A stretch of 64,000 nucleotides of DNA. It comes from Eledone cirrhosa. Taxonomy: Eukaryota. Positions 1-14,044 of this stretch are shown in pieces. The notes beneath the pieces were generated by a model. That model saw only the letters and a program-made list of their open reading frames with translations. It searched no databases and had not been told where the DNA came from. Each line of letters begins with the position of its first letter. Position 1 is the first letter of the stretch. The position numbers were made by a program, and so were the translations under genes. Where the stretch lies: the NCBI GenBank assembly GCA_964016885.1, contig OZ024741.1:117800001-117864000 (forward strand). Direction: 5' to 3'.

Positions 1-771
1 GCAGAGACCCTTTAAAAGAGATGGTTTAGGGTAGTTTGATATTGAAAGGGTTAATCTCATCACCATCATCATCGTTTAACATCCGTTTTCTTTGCTCGCA
101 AGGCTTGGACGGATCGTTACAGACTGGTCAATACTCTTAGATGAGCCAGGCTCCTACATATATTTCTACACGGTATCAATTACTCCAACAAGCCGGGGAA
201 CATCATCTTATCGTGGAAACAAAACTAATGATATTGTCATGTCTTTGGCATGGCTGAAGAGTCCTCCCAACCTTTTGTTTGGCAAGTTTTCTACATTTGG
301 ATGTGTTTCCTTTCACCAAATCACTTTACAGAGTGTACTGCGTGCGGGAAAACAAAAAACATATTTAACTTACCTATTAAACCATAAACGGCTGCTGGTA
401 GGAATGTTATTATTGTTATAAGTTCACGGCTATCTGGGTATTCAGTATTTAAATCAGCAAAGTACAGATGTAAAGAAACAATGACGCTGTGTACCAGAAC
501 ATTACAGATGAAAGCTGAGATAACCACCACGACACCTTCTACTTTTTCATAACATGTGAGAGGAGTTCTTTCACTAAATGATACAATATAGATATAAATA
601 TATAGCCACAATTCTTGAAATGTACGCATTTAAAACTGGTGATTGGGTGATATAGAAAACATAAGCTCCGTTAATGGAAATTGCAACCCTGACCAGAAAA
701 GATCGATGAAACTTTTTGAAGTATTTTTGAAGGTGTTCAAATAATAACTGAGTATTAAGTATAAATATATG

Positions 772-1127
772 CATACACACATACAACCATACACACATAC
801 ATACATATACATACATACATACATGCATACATACACATACACACATACATACATAGACACATACACACACATACGCACACACATACATACAACCATACAT
901 ACATACAACCATACACACATACAGACATACACATACACACACACATACATTCATACATACACACACATACAATCAAACATACATACATACAACCATACAA
1001 ACATACAAACATACACACACACACATACATACATACAGCCATACACACATACATTCATACATACATACACACGCATATATATACATACATACATACACAG
1101 ACACATACACACACACATACACATACA
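772..1127. repeat. Degenerate (CATA)n/(CA)n microsatellite
   Basis: Direct reading; it produces the spurious HT/CV/MYV ORFs. Confidence 0.95.
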
Positions 1128-1129
1128 GA

Positions 1130-2500
1130 GTCCTCAAACACTCCTTCCAGCGGGTCCTGTCATAAGCAACCATTTTCGACTGATCTGGCTGGATTCCCAA
1201 GTGAGACCAGCCAAGCTCATGGATGTTATCCAACCATCTCTTCCTTGGGGTTTACCCTTGGATCTGCTGCCGATTTGTTTTGCCCGTAAAATCTTTCCTG
1301 CCCATAGTATTGTAGCTGTGATCTCTCAATTCAGAGAAGCAGCAGCTATACCTGGAGTGACCTTCTGATCTCTGAACTATGCACTCCATCGAGTAACATT
1401 ACTGCAAAGACCCTTTAGAGGAATCCCATTTTGGACGCTTGTATTCACGATCGTATTCTTTCGGTCTTTACCCAAGATTCATGACCATAGGTAAGGGTTG
1501 GCACAAATACCGAATTGAAGATAACAAGTTTGGCTTGTACACCTGCCTCTCTTCTTCTGATTACCAAATGCTGAAGGTGGCGCATTATTGCACCAGCTCC
1601 TGCAATTCTTGCACTTAATTCAGCCTTCTGCCTGCCATCACTTGTGAACACATAGCCTCGAGATACTTGAACTTCTTCCCCTGATTCAGTGGAACTCCAT
1701 TCACATGTAGAGTGCACTACGCAGGCTTCCTTGAGAGGACGAGTATCAGTTTTCGCAGCACTGATTTTCATTCCAGCCACGCAGTACTCGGCATCGAACT
1801 TATCAAGTGCAAGTCGGAGATCACCTTCTGTCGAGTTAAGTAACACCTTGTCGTCTGCAAATTCCAGCGGGCTAATTTTACACCCACCAGTCGTGATACC
1901 ACTTCCAGCCCGGCTGCACATGTTAATCCAGTTCATTAAAATAATGAACAGGGGAGGTGACAGTATGAGACTTGATGGAGTCCGACTCCCACATTGAATG
2001 GTGTTTTAATTTTCACCATTTACCTGAATACAAATACTCATATAGAGACATCTGGGCATCAAGAAACTGACCATCAATCCCATACTCCTACAGAATCTTC
2101 CACAGCAGGTCTCGAGGAACGCGTTCATATGCCTTTTCGGAGTCTACAAAACAAAAAATACCTCTTTGCAAAACTCCCACGATTTCTCGAACCAGCTGCA
2201 GTGCGAATATATGCTTCGCTCTGCTGCGATTGGAACGAAATCCACACTGTTCATCAGATAACTTGGACTCGACAATCTCTCTGCCGACAATTAACATAGA
2301 CTTTACTGGAGAGGCTTAACAAGGAGATCACTCTGTAATTGGAACTATCTCTCTTCTCTATCTTTTTGAAAATTGGGATTATCACTCCCGATTGCCATTG
2401 CTTAGGCACATTTTCAGAGATCCAGGTCACTCGACACACAAGAGTCAGCCAGAGAATACCATCTCTATTTAAGGCTTGTAACATCTCGGGACTTTCTGAA
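1130..2500 (-). mobile_element. RTE-clade LINE, degenerate RT and 3' part
   Basis: Fragmented ORFs: PEMLQALNRDG, WQSGVIIPIFKK..NYRVISLLS, EQCGFR, FVDSEKAYERVPR, FADD, PTLTYGHESW. Confidence 0.9.
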
Positions 2501-2504
2501 AAGA

Positions 2505-3100
2505 GGAGAATCCCAGGTTGAAAGTTAGGTCGCTGTGAGTGGTGCAAGTTTATGCACCAAACAAGGAGTCCGAATACAGGTCTTTCCTTGATGAAGTCAC
2601 TGCAGCATTAGATGTAGTTAAGACTGAGTCATATATCCTGATGGGAGACTTCAATGCACATGTTGGCACTGACCACCTGACATGGAAAGGAGTGATTGGA
2701 AGGAATGGCGACTTCGATCTAAATAAACCTTATTATGCTTCTGTTCTAGCAATGGTCTCTCTATTATGATCACCTTTTTCCCGCACAGACACATCCATAA
2801 ATATATATGATGTAAGGGGAATCAGGGACAGACATCAATAATAGATTTTGTTATTGTCTCTGATCTCTTCCATTCTGTGCTGGATGTTCGTATTAAGAGA
2901 GGGGCTGGGCTGTCAACTGATCACCATCTAGTTACCTGCAACTTGCGACTACCTAAAGCCAAAGAAGCTCACAAAACTGGCAGGTCCAGGGTGACCACAA
3001 GATAAAGTGGGAAGCATTGGTGGATAAGGAAGTCAGGACCATGTATGCAGATACTATTGTCTCCAAATTCAGAGAACTCCCTGAGCAAACTGAGGATTAT
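2505..3100 (+). mobile_element. RTE-clade LINE AP-endonuclease fragment, inverted relative to the adjacent RT part
   Basis: VQVYAPN, ILMGDFNAHVG, and a downstream STDHHLV motif. Confidence 0.85.
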
Positions 3101-3104
3101 TTCT

Positions 3105-3520
3105 CTTAAATAAATTAAATATTGAATTTCCCAGCATGCAAGCTGGCTTGTATAGAGCTGATGATCTTTTTACTTTTAGAAATCATAGTAATTCTGAACT
3201 TGAGAGAATTAAAAAAACACCAATATAAATTCTTTAAAAACTATAACTTAAATATTACCATACTGAGGTTGTCAACTTCTTAGATGTCCCGTTTGAATTA
3301 GATACCGAGCTATACAGACCCTAACACAAACCAGGGGAGCATTTATTTTATGTGCATAAACTTTCCAGCCACCCTAAATCCATCATTAAATCTATTATTA
3401 ATAACGTATCTGGTAGAGTATCTAGTCATAGCGAATGAAGGAATTTTCAACTAAAATGATCAGTTTTATAACGAAGCATTTTCAAGGTCAAGATAAACTG
3501 AGAAAATACACTTCAACCCC
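3105..3520 (+). mobile_element. Penelope-like element RT/thumb remnant
   Basis: Manual translation gives VVNFLDV..YRP*HKP..YVHKLSSHPKSII, matching the PLE ORF at 17860 (VDFLDI..HKLNE..YIHKDSCHP). Confidence 0.7.
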
Positions 3521-3559
3521 ACTATAATTATCGTTAATAATATCATTACCTATAACATA

Positions 3560-3665
3560 TACTGGGGTCGATATAATCAACTAAATTCCTTCAGGGTGGT
3601 ACCCCAGCATGGCCGCAGTCAGATAGATGACTGAAACCAGTAAAAGAATAAAAATAAAAGAATGA
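3560..3665 (+). mobile_element. SINE 3' portion
   Basis: actggggtcgat...ccccagcatggccgcagtc...gactgaaaccagtaaaagaataaaa; the 5' part is shared with the SINE core found elsewhere in the window. Confidence 0.55.
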
Positions 3666-4238
3666 ATTAATTATTTTAAAATAATGAACGTTCCATACAA
3701 AAGGAGCAGGCCTAAATATTTAGGACCTTAGGTTAGCCCTCCTATGTGTAATTCAGCCAATTATGTGTCACATTCTCCGAAATAACATAATTTCCACTGC
3801 CAGTTTCACAAGTTGACAAACCTAGTTTTTGACAGCTCTTACTCTAACCACACAATGAAAAATAACGTGTCTGGTCATAGTGCCCTCTCCACTGCATTAC
3901 TACGCAGCAAAGATTCTTAGCAATTTATTTTGAGATTGCGGAAATTATTAAATATATAATTTAATTACACAAATTTGTATAAAACTGTGAACATTTAACG
4001 TTTTGTAGTGCAATTCTCTGAGTTCTGTTCCCAAGGTGCGACTGCTTAGTTGGATTTAATGGTAATGCAGACCCTCTAATCATCATCAACACCGTTTACC
4101 GTCCCTTTTCCAGGCATACATGTGTTAGACTGGTCTATTTGGGGCTTGGTTTCTATGGTTGAATGCCCTTCCTACCGCCAACCCCTTTACAACGTGTACC
4201 GGGAACATTTTATCGTGATTCAGACACTAACATCTTGC

Positions 4239-4326
<88 letters not shown>

Positions 4327-4860
4327 ATTTTCCAAGCAATGTTAGTTTTTAACAGGGTTGCACACATCATGATTATGAAGTACTATTTATAATCATGCGA
4401 AATAACAAACGTATCCTCCGATGGGTAGCTGATATTGGAGATATTCCTTGTTTCCTTGTCTATGATTTTTATCCGTTTTACTGTCTCCCTGTAATTCTTC
4501 ACCGTTTCCTGTCTCTTGTTTCTTCATTTCTTTTACAGTTCATATGCTAATTTTCTCATTTCCATTGCTTTCATTTTGCTGTCTTTGTCCGGCGGTAAAA
4601 GAGATGTGATAAAAGCACGAATTACAGACGAAATAATAGGCCACAAGCTGAGATGTAACAATAAATCTGACAACAATTAAGTATAGGAGCTTTACCCGGA
4701 GCTTACAAACTCAACCAATCAGAAGGCGAATACATCTAACATTAGTACTTACTAAGAAAAGAGATTCAGAAATTCATGTCTGCTGGCATCACAAATGGAT
4801 GGTGATACATGACCAGCGACATATCCCTATGATTGCATAACTACAACTACGATTGTATAA

Positions 4861-4892
4861 GCATCTGATAAAGTCAGAAATATATATCATGC
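4861..4892 (+). ncRNA. Ultra-minimal, probably defective type I hammerhead-like motif
   Basis: gcat-CTGATAA-agtca-GAAA-tatata-TC-atgc; G8A change and essentially no stem II. Confidence 0.45.
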
Positions 4893-5139
4893 AATAAAAC
4901 AATTATGGTGAAGTCTTAACTACTCTTAATTTGATATATATACTTGCCCGATGAGAGGTAGGCTGGAAGAGCTTCCTCCATAACTGGACACCGAAACGAA
5001 TGGTTATACATACATGTTAAGTGTATGAAACTTTATTTATATTAAATAATCTCTCAACAGATTGAACAGTGTTTTCATTGGGAGAGAGAGAGAAAGATCG
5101 GGATCGGATAGGATAGATAGATAGATAGATAGATAGATT

Positions 5140-8100
5140 TCTTTATTTGCCACAAGGGCGCACAAGAAAAGGGGACAATACAAAGACATGCCGGGGATTT
5201 TACATACAGTCGTGTAAAAAATGTAAAACAAACAATTACAACAATCGAAATCCCCAATAGGGGGGAAGCGCCACAAATGGGTTGTTTAATACCCCGTCGA
5301 TAGAACAACCCTCAACTCGAGGAGCGTGTTGTGCAAGTGCTCCTTTCTTCCTTTTGCTCTCTTCCTCAACCTACAGGCTTATAAACAGAGAAGGCCCAAT
5401 CACTCGGGCTATTTTTTCCACATTCACCCACCTTTCAGTAAATTTACTGGGGTGCAATGCCTCTCTCTCCACTCTGATTCTCCTTCTAAAATTGTATCTA
5501 AAGGAGGGAATGAGTTGTTCGGAGAGAAAGGCATCTGTCCTCAGTCCTCTCAATCTCGTCTACCATATAACCTCTTTCACCATAGCCACTATACAGAGGA
5601 AAACCGCCTCTCTTTCGTTTTTGAAAGAAGTTGGCGGTTTGATCCTTACTATGGACTCGGCAGTCAACTGGATTTGTCCCATACGCGACAGCAGTTCTTC
5701 CGCGTAGTCCCACAGGTCGGTTACGCCCGGGCAGTGTACAATTGCGTGCAGGATGGTTTCAATGTCCTGCGCGCATCTTGGACACGTCCTCTTGGAAGGA
5801 TCCCTGCCGGGGTGTCCGTACCTGTAGATCTTGTCACGAACTGGTAGAGCTCCTCAGTAACACTGCCAGGCCAGGGAACTCTGGAAGTTGTCTATGGGTC
5901 CCGGGCGGAAAGTCCTACCAAACAGACTGGTGAGTTTGTCGTCTTCGACGCCTAGAGTCTCTCCGAGCACGTCGTCGTCCTTGTGACGTACTAACCCGCT
6001 ATAGAACGTCGAAGTGGAGTCTCCACTGATTGCCGTGCCCGCTTGACAGAGGACTGTCGTTCCATCTTGGTGAGGTGTTCACGGGGACAAGGCACGACGG
6101 TCAAGCGGTAGTAGATGACGGACGCTATGAAAGTGTTCGCCACCTCCGCTCGACCTTTCAAGGATAGTTTGCACTCTGCCCATTTCTGGGTGAGCGCAAA
6201 TACCTTGGCCGTGACCTCGTTTCAGTTTTTCTCCACCTGGAGCTCTGGACCGAACCAGACCCCGAGCAATTTCACCGGTCCGTCCGTCCAGCGTCCGACG
6301 ACGCTGTCGGACGGCATCGGTTTGTCTCTCCACGTTCCGAGTTGCAAACCGACAGACTAGTCCGGATTCAGTTTTGCTCCTGTGAGCCTTTCGTATTCTT
6401 GCAGTAAGTTGCCGATCGCCCCGATTTCGGAGGCTTCCGACCCATTACCGTTAGGTCATCGGCATAAGCCGACGCCGCTTTCCGCAGTCCCGGTTCCAAC
6501 GGAATGCCCAGCAGCAGCTCCAGCTTCCGCAATAGTCGCTCTAGAGTCAGTACGTACAGAATGGAAGAGAGAGGGCATCCCTGTCGGATGGAACGCGTGA
6601 TTGCGAACGGCTACGATAGGTAGCCGTTCACCTTGACCATCGAGCAGATGTCGGTGTGCATTGCGGCGATCCAGCCTCTGAAAGACGGGTCCGAAACCGG
6701 CCGCCTTGAGAACCGCTTCCAAGTATCAATGGTCGACCCTATCGAACGCCTTAGACTGATCTAAATTGATCAGAGCCCCACCAAAGCCGGGTTTACACCC
6801 CACCCTCTCTATGATGTATCGCATGGTGGAGGTTGTCGTGTATGGACCTGGTCGGGATTGCACACGTTTGCGCTTTCCCTACCAGGTTCTCGACGACAAG
6901 CGCCAACCTCGTTGCCAACACCTTGTCCAAAATCTTTAACTGTGTGTTGAGCAGAGTTATTGGCCTAAAGTTGCTTAGTTCGTCCCCCTTGTTCTCGTCT
7001 TTCCTGATCAGCGTTACTACGCCCCTGCCTGCAGAACTCGGAATTCTCCCGTTCTGCTGTCAGTTGCAGTAGACGGCCTCGAGGACGCCAGAGAACAAGT
7101 CCGGCATGCCTATGTAAAACTCATAGGGTAGACCATCTAGACCAGGTGATTTGCCCCGTTCGACGCACCGCCACTCTGCCCGAACAGTGCCGCTGAAAGG
7201 CCGCGCACATCGCTTGGGGTTAAGTAGCACGCGTCCGTTTTGGTCTTTCAAAGACTGAATCGAGGACTTGTTGCCACTTTTCGCCTCTGCCACTCGGGCC
7301 CAGCTAACAGCTTTCGCTCCATCGTTTCCTAGAGCACGTGATTTACTTCTGACCACGCAGCCTTCGTGTTTCGCGTCTAAGAACTGGTCCAGTGCCGTTC
7401 TCGTTGCTAGCACTCTAGCTACGTTGCCACTCCTAAGCGCCTCCTCTACCTTGGCTACTAGTTCCGTTTCTGTTTTGTTTCTCTCTAAGGCTATCTCTCT
7501 GCTAAAGTCTATTGACTCTACTCTAATCGCTTTCTTGAGGGAGCACCACCATCTGTTGTTGACGATGGCTCCCGTCAATTGTTGCTTAACTAATCTACTT
7601 ATCCGTTCATTGTAGGCTTTACGTGTCGGTAGCGACACGTTCAGCTTCCAGTATCCGGGTCCTTGTCTATGTATTCTATCACGGTTGACTATGCAGATGA
7701 CTTAGTTTGTGGTCTGAATAGGCAACCATGTGCATTTGTGAACAGCTTAACATCTTCTTGTCCTTCTCTCTAATGAAAAATCTATCTAAATACGATCTAG
7801 ATGTCCCACTGCGGTTTGCCCACGTCCACTGTGGTGCAGTCGGGAAATCTAGGCGATATCTATCGGCCAGTTGGAATTGGCCGATTAGATTTTTGAGGCT
7901 GTTGCACCCCTCTCTACTGGGACATGCTCCCACAATGTCCCATCGTGCATCTAGGATACCATTCCAGTCCCCCACTAAAAGTAAGGAGCGAGACGTTCCC
8001 AGAAAAGACTCTAGACGCTTAAAGAAGTCTGGCCGCGATTGCGATTGCCCGGTCGGGGCATAAACGACCACCAGTCTGAAGGCTCCACCTCCAATACTGT

Positions 8101-9140
8101 TCACGTCTAGGACTACCAGTCTACCCTCCGAGTCCAAGTGTACTTGCTGTACTTCGACGTCCAGGTTTTTCCGAAACATGACAGCCACTCCTCCTCCACC
8201 TCCTGGCTGACAGAGAGATGCGTAGACCTCAAAGTCATTGAAGATGGGGGTTAGTTACTGCCTGTTGTGGATCCTGGACTCGGTGATGGCTATCACATCC
8301 ATACCGTGTGACCTAAGGTCGTTTAAAAGTTGGCCCTGTTTCCAGGGCATCCCTAGGCCATGCACATTCACGCTTCCAACTCGTAAACTAGCCATGTTGG
8401 TGGAGAAGAATTGGCGAAAAAGGGCGAAAACGTGCACTAACCTTTTCGTTTCCTGGAGATCGGGTTGTTCAATCTCTATTTGGGTGCTGGAGGGGGTGTT
8501 GGGTGGTGTGGGGAAACATTTTATCAGGACGCGGTTAATGGCTTTTGACAGGGGTTGCCAACGTCCTGTGAAAATTGTTCTTTTAATTTCTGATAGGTTT
8601 CTATCGAAACCCCTATCAGTTTTAGTTTTAGGTCTGCCTTGACAAAATTTTTCCCCTCAGTTTTTTCTACTTTGGGGTCTTGGGAGATGACCCCCATTAG
8701 GTTTTTGTTGTTTGTGTTAATGTATGTGTATTGTTGTTTGTTTTTTTTTGTTGTGTTGTTTTGGTTTGTTGTTCATTTTGTAGTTTTCTTTTTATGGTGG
8801 GTATTTGTGTTTGGAGTGGTGTTGCTGTTTGTTTTGCTGGTAGGGGGGCAGGGGTTGTGGCTTTCCGGTGTCTCTTTTTTTGTTTTTTTAATTTCCGAGG
8901 CTCTCCTTCATCTGCACTTGGGGATGGAGAAGTAGCCTCGTCTGACGATGAATCGTCATCAGGGGCGTGTGGGAGGGGTATGTTGTGTGGTGATGGTGTG
9001 TTTGTGGTAGTGTTGGATGGAGTGGGATGGGGTGGGACTGTGTTTTTCAGGGGAATTGTTTGTGTTTTTTCTGTTGTTTGTGGTTGAGCAGTTGTTTGTT
9101 TTTGTGTGTTTGTTTGTTTTGTGTGTTGTTGTTGTTGATG
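5140..9140 (-). mobile_element. Tx1/L1-clade LINE, 5'-truncated, with disrupted ORF2 (about 8395-5371) and a remnant of ORF1
   Basis: MASLRVGSVNVHG..IAITES; VYAP; VGDWNG; YLDRFF; SDHK; KSPGLDGLPYEFY; 3' end has AATAAA followed by (TATC)n. Confidence 0.9.
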
Positions 9141-9254
9141 AATGGATGGACAGGTTGAGCTATATGCTGATTAATTCTATACAGCAATAACCCATTTCTT
9201 TGCTAGCTCCAGCTTAACAAACCTATATAGAGTGACACTCCCTATCACTTAGTG

Positions 9255-9257
<3 letters not shown>

Positions 9258-9302
<45 letters not shown>

Positions 9303-9318
9303 CTCACACACGCACACA

Positions 9319-9354
<36 letters not shown>

Positions 9355-9356
9355 AA

Positions 9357-9451
<95 letters not shown>

Positions 9452-9465
9452 ACACACACACACAC
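9258..9465. repeat. (CA)n microsatellite
   Basis: Direct reading. Confidence 0.97.
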
Positions 9466-9845
9466 ATGTTATTTGCATACAGAACAGATAATTCAAGATA
9501 GATAAGACCCACAAAAACCTTGAAAATGACCTCCAGTGGAAAAAAAAAGGGGGGGGGGGGGTATTTTACGCACAGGCCAGAAATTGTAGCCGAGGGGGAA
9601 AGTTGATTATTTCAACCAAGTACATTATTAACCCTGGAAGGATGAAAAGAAAAGTTGACCTTGAACTCAGAATATAACGAACTAGAACAAATATCTTATG
9701 GCATTTTTATCGACGCTCTACCAATTTTGCTAATACATCGGTAACTATATATAGTGGAAAATAGCAAAAACAATATTTAAAATAAGCGGCATTGTAAGAG
9801 TCTCTTTGTGATCATTCGACTAGCTACGGAACTTTACCTCCCCCC

Positions 9846-9849
<4 letters not shown>

Positions 9850-9926
<77 letters not shown>
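9850..9926. repeat. (CT)n microsatellite
   Basis: Direct reading. Confidence 0.97.
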
Positions 9927-9931
<5 letters not shown>

Positions 9932-9944
9932 TTTTCCCTACCGT

Positions 9945-11690
9945 CACATCGAACACCGGGATACAATTTCAGTTGCCGTAAAAAATACTAGCAAGACAAT
10001 CCAAGAAGTGTGTGGGAAAGCAAATATCCCTACTAAAACGAGAAAAACAAGCCAACCGCACTTCAATTTAGAAATAGTATAAGGAGTATCAAGAACTGAA
10101 AAAAGAAAAAAATCAAAGATAACTGACAAAGCGATTTGCAAAGCGTAAGATTTAGAAAGGTGATCTCGAGGAAATATTTGACATTGCAAGCCAGGACATT
10201 CTCGAACGAAAGGATGTCCCATCTAAAGATGAAGCTTTCTTGAAACACAGCTAGAAGGGCGGATATATTCAGTCATGGCTGGTTCTTATGCAGAACATGT
10301 GAGGACCATTCAGAAGAAGGAAATGAAGATTCATGATATAAAACTATAAAAGAGAAAGCCCGATAAAGAAGTTAAAAAAAGGTCTGAGAAAGTAGCTCTT
10401 GAAAGTTCGTCATCCAACTCAGCTATTAGTGATGATGACGATGAAATCTTCAAGTCAGCACCACCCCGAAAATCATCGCGATTAAAGCCGACTCTCAACG
10501 CCATTTTTGTTGTCACATGGGAATAGGAGAAACTATCGGTATGATAAGCAAGTACTTCTTACATCGCACCTGCGAAGAATCTTGGCCATGATCTGTCTGA
10601 ACTCGATTTCCCTCTCAACTGTTTATCGAGCAAGAACCAGCACTGCGAGAAGATTACTCAGGAAATCGAGTTATCCGCTTTCCCATCCGAGGAGAGATCC
10701 TGGCTAGTCTTCCACTGGGATGGAAAATTATTACTATCAGCTTCCCGATCCAGCACACTCGAAGATCTGATTGCAGTTTTAGTTACAGGAAAAGAAAAGT
10801 GAGATCTTTTACCTATCATCTGGTGCTGGTCTCCCACTGTTCAAAAAGTTCCAAGTTCCAAGAACGTTGGGACTCCATAGATAAGTGTCATTATCAAACT
10901 ATCTTAGATGATGATGTGCTCGTGGATGATTTTTACCAGCAAAAGAGAGAGGAGATGCTTGAATATCTATTGACTGTACTTCTTTCTGAAGATCATCCCG
11001 AGATCATAATAAAGCTCTCCCTTCTATATCTTGGTGGTTGATCATCTTCCCAGTTCTGCTTCTCAAGCCCAGAATTTTACCACCAAGCTCGTTGGATGAC
11101 TAAGGCCATATATGTGATCAAGATAGTTCTGTTCAAAGAACAACTTAAGCTTATACCATGTGAGTCGAGAGATCTACAAAAAGTCGCTTAATTTGTGACT
11201 TTGCTGCGTGTAAAATTCTAGAACGAAGTAATGGTTCCAAGATGGGTTCCAAAGAATGATCTCGATTTAATGAAGCTGCTACCAATGTATCTTGATCAAC
11301 AGATCAGAATTGTAGCAAAGATGGTCCTTCAGCATCACCTGTGGTACCTGTCAGAAGAGTTAGTAGCATTGGCTTTCAAAAAAGAAGGGGGGCGAAGAAA
11401 GTCGATGGGACAGGAATGGCTTTTGGCGACAAAGAAATGAACGTTCGAAGAAAACAAATAACTTTTTTCCATCTGCTCGACATTGTCCTAAAAAATTTGG
11501 ACATTTGCACTGACGGCGATATCAAAGCATCTGTTGATGCTCTGAAGGTTGTGAATGACACTGCTGAGTGAAGGATTTTTCTCATAAAGAAGTTTAATGA
11601 TTTTATGAATGATGCAAATCAGAAACAGTCCCTCCTAAAAATTGTTGTGGAGCAAAGGAAACAAGTGTCTCGGAAATTTCATTCATAAAA
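9945..11690 (+). mobile_element. Decayed DNA-transposon transposase (hAT/hATm-like)
   Basis: Motifs across frames: HWDGKLL (~10712), YHQARWMTKAIYVIK (~11080), HLWYLSEELVALAF, LKVVNDTAE; the subfamily name is from recall. Confidence 0.7.
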
Positions 11691-12059
11691 AGTGTTTCTC
11701 TCATTAACCCCAACATTATTGTGTATTTAGAACGTATTCCTCCTACTTATTTTCATTTCATCTCATTCTGTCATGTGATTTCTTCACTGGATTCAGTAAA
11801 GTGCACAGAAAAGACAATGTACTCTAGGTCATACATAAAAAAATTGATATAGATTAATGTGAAAGTCTACAACCTCTAAATATTATTCGGTTGACCTATA
11901 ATTCGGCATACTTCGTTATTTCATCAACTCGAGCACGGGGTAGTCAACATGAGATGATTGGTGAATAGTTTGCAGAATGGAACACCCTAATTCACATGCA
12001 TACGCACACTTATATATATATATATACATATAACATAGGGGCACCATAAATCCAACTAA

Positions 12060-12490
12060 GAAGTTGTTGTTGAGTAACTTTCAAACATATGTTGTTTTTA
12101 AGAAATGTAATATCAAATCCGTTGTGTATGGGGTAGAGATTACACACAACACAGAAGATTCTGAAGTTAACGAAAGATATGTCGGTATGGTGCAAGATTG
12201 TTTTAAACAACGTCTTTATGAATCTCCACTATCTTCAGGAATCCTGATGTGAGAACCAGTACTGCCCTGGCGAAAATAGTCTGGCAATTAAAGGAGAAAG
12301 GCGTCTCACATAAGATCACTTGGAAGATACTTGAAAGATCCAATCTTTACACCAATGGTACCAAGAAATGTCTCAGTCAGAGTGAGAAATTTAGGATATT
12401 ACAAGGTTTGTCATCTTCAAACAATATTTATTTGAACTGAAAGTGCGAAATATTTAGAGGATGCCTCCATCTCAACGGCCGAGATTAAGT
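12060..12490 (+). mobile_element. Penelope-like element GIY-YIG endonuclease remnant
   Basis: CNIKSVVY..YVGMVQDCFKQR, TALAKIVWQLK..ITWKIL, CEIFRGCLH; collinear with the PLE C-terminus at 18620-19034. Confidence 0.8.
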
Positions 12491-13007
12491 AAGCATTGAG
12501 TAAGATTATGTGTGGCACGGTGTTACAATGCCATGCGGGCATAAAGCATCTCGTGGTAATTGGATTTCGCAAATGTATGAATATAGATAGATAGATGTGT
12601 CTGTGTGTGTATTTTCGTCTTAATACTCTAAGGACAGTGTTTGACTGTCGGGGTCGAAACTGTGTGTGCCCATTTTGTTGCTAATGTTAAAATATTACCC
12701 ATGATGCATGTGATTCCCCTCGTCTTCTTTTGCTAAGTTGCTTACTTCATTGCGGCACTCTCTCTCTCTCTCTCTCCACTTCTTACTGGCCTTTTTTGTC
12801 ACGTATTGTACAACGTAATTTTCGTACATTTAATTCTACATACGTAAGTTTGCTTTTCTTTCCGTCTTAAGATCAGTGTTTGACTAGTTTGTGAGATACA
12901 GTAACTTCAGTTGTACCAGCAGCACCATATATAGCGTGGGGGGAAACTGTGTCCAATTTCTGATAACTGTGGAGTTTACTTGTTGCCGAACTCCCTCAAT
13001 CCGTAAT

Positions 13008-13094
<87 letters not shown>

Positions 13095-13285
13095 GGTTTG
13101 AGGTTCACCACTGGATAGAGCTGGTCAATTCCGTATGGTCAATCTCAATGTAATAATATAGAGAGTACTCAACGTACAGCAGTTCAACCGTCTTTGTTTT
13201 TGTAGTTGGTGGTGCTATTACGGAGTTAAATATTATAATAAAATGACAGGAGGCTGGATTTGTGTAAATCCTTGAAAGGTTTATT

Positions 13286-13343
13286 ATACTATGATCATTT
13301 CAATGACCGGGTTCCGTATGAATCCGGTGATATCATCAGGTAT
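13286..13343 (-). ncRNA. Type I hammerhead ribozyme motif (inverted copy)
   Basis: Reverse complement of 13400-13457. Confidence 0.75.
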
Positions 13344-13399
13344 TCGAAATATAATAAGTGAATGTAATAGATAAAATCCATGGGGCTGAAAATCAAAGA

Positions 13400-13457
13400 A
13401 TACCTGATGATATCACCGGATTCATACGGAACCCGGTCATTGAAATGATCATAGTAT
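13400..13457 (+). ncRNA. Type I hammerhead ribozyme motif
   Basis: atac-CTGATGA-tatc accgg..ccggt catt-GAAA-tgatca-TA-gtat; stem I ATAC/GTAT; palindromic stem III. Confidence 0.75.
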
Positions 13458-13505
13458 AATAAACCTTTCAAGGATTCACACAAATCCAGCCTCCTGCCAT
13501 TTCAT

Positions 13506-13579
<74 letters not shown>

Positions 13580-13765
13580 GAGTCCCAAGTTCAATCGGTG
13601 GGAACCTCAGTAAGTAAGGTACTCAATTCATCAGCAGAGTGTATGCAACTAAATTTATTATAGAAATGGCTTTTACCTTTTACGGGACTAGAACCGTTTC
13701 ATTCGAAGAAAATCAGTTCTAGTCCTGTAGAAGCCATTTCTATATTAAATTTTGTTACACACGCG

Positions 13766-13907
<142 letters not shown>

Positions 13908-14044
13908 GGTAAGTATGTTTTGAAACGGCGAGCGATATTGAAATTAGAAGTAGAAGCTTTCGGCGTATTTTTTACATTTCTTTGAGGATTCTAAATCCCA
14001 CTATTAGGCTAAAATTTCTTTAGTCAAAAATACGGCGAAAGCTC

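Larger units (their letters stand above)
13233..13508. repeat. Near-perfect inverted repeat (arms ~110 bp, 52-bp spacer) in a segment bounded by (TA)n tracts
   Basis: 13233-13345 is the reverse complement of 13398-13508 with few mismatches. Confidence 0.95.

Noticed and set aside
574-1233. CV/HT/YI/PTYL-rich ORFs here and at 9245, 13699, 14754, 24132, 24484, 30577
   Set aside because: These are translations of microsatellites.
8639-9087. Hydrophobic + strand ORFs as membrane proteins
   Set aside because: They are antisense to the A/C-rich low-complexity ORF1 region of the Tx1 LINE.
12622-12675. Hammerhead downstream of the 12-kb Penelope remnant (CTAAGGA..gacagt/actgtc..GAAA)
   Set aside because: The position is plausible, but G5 is mutated and stems I and III cannot be formed; too decayed to call.
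13578-13645. CTGATGA plus a stem on the minus strand; similar partial cores at 4948, 19841 and 22893
   Set aside because: The GAAA/stem III/stem I half is missing or mutated; the evidence is insufficient.
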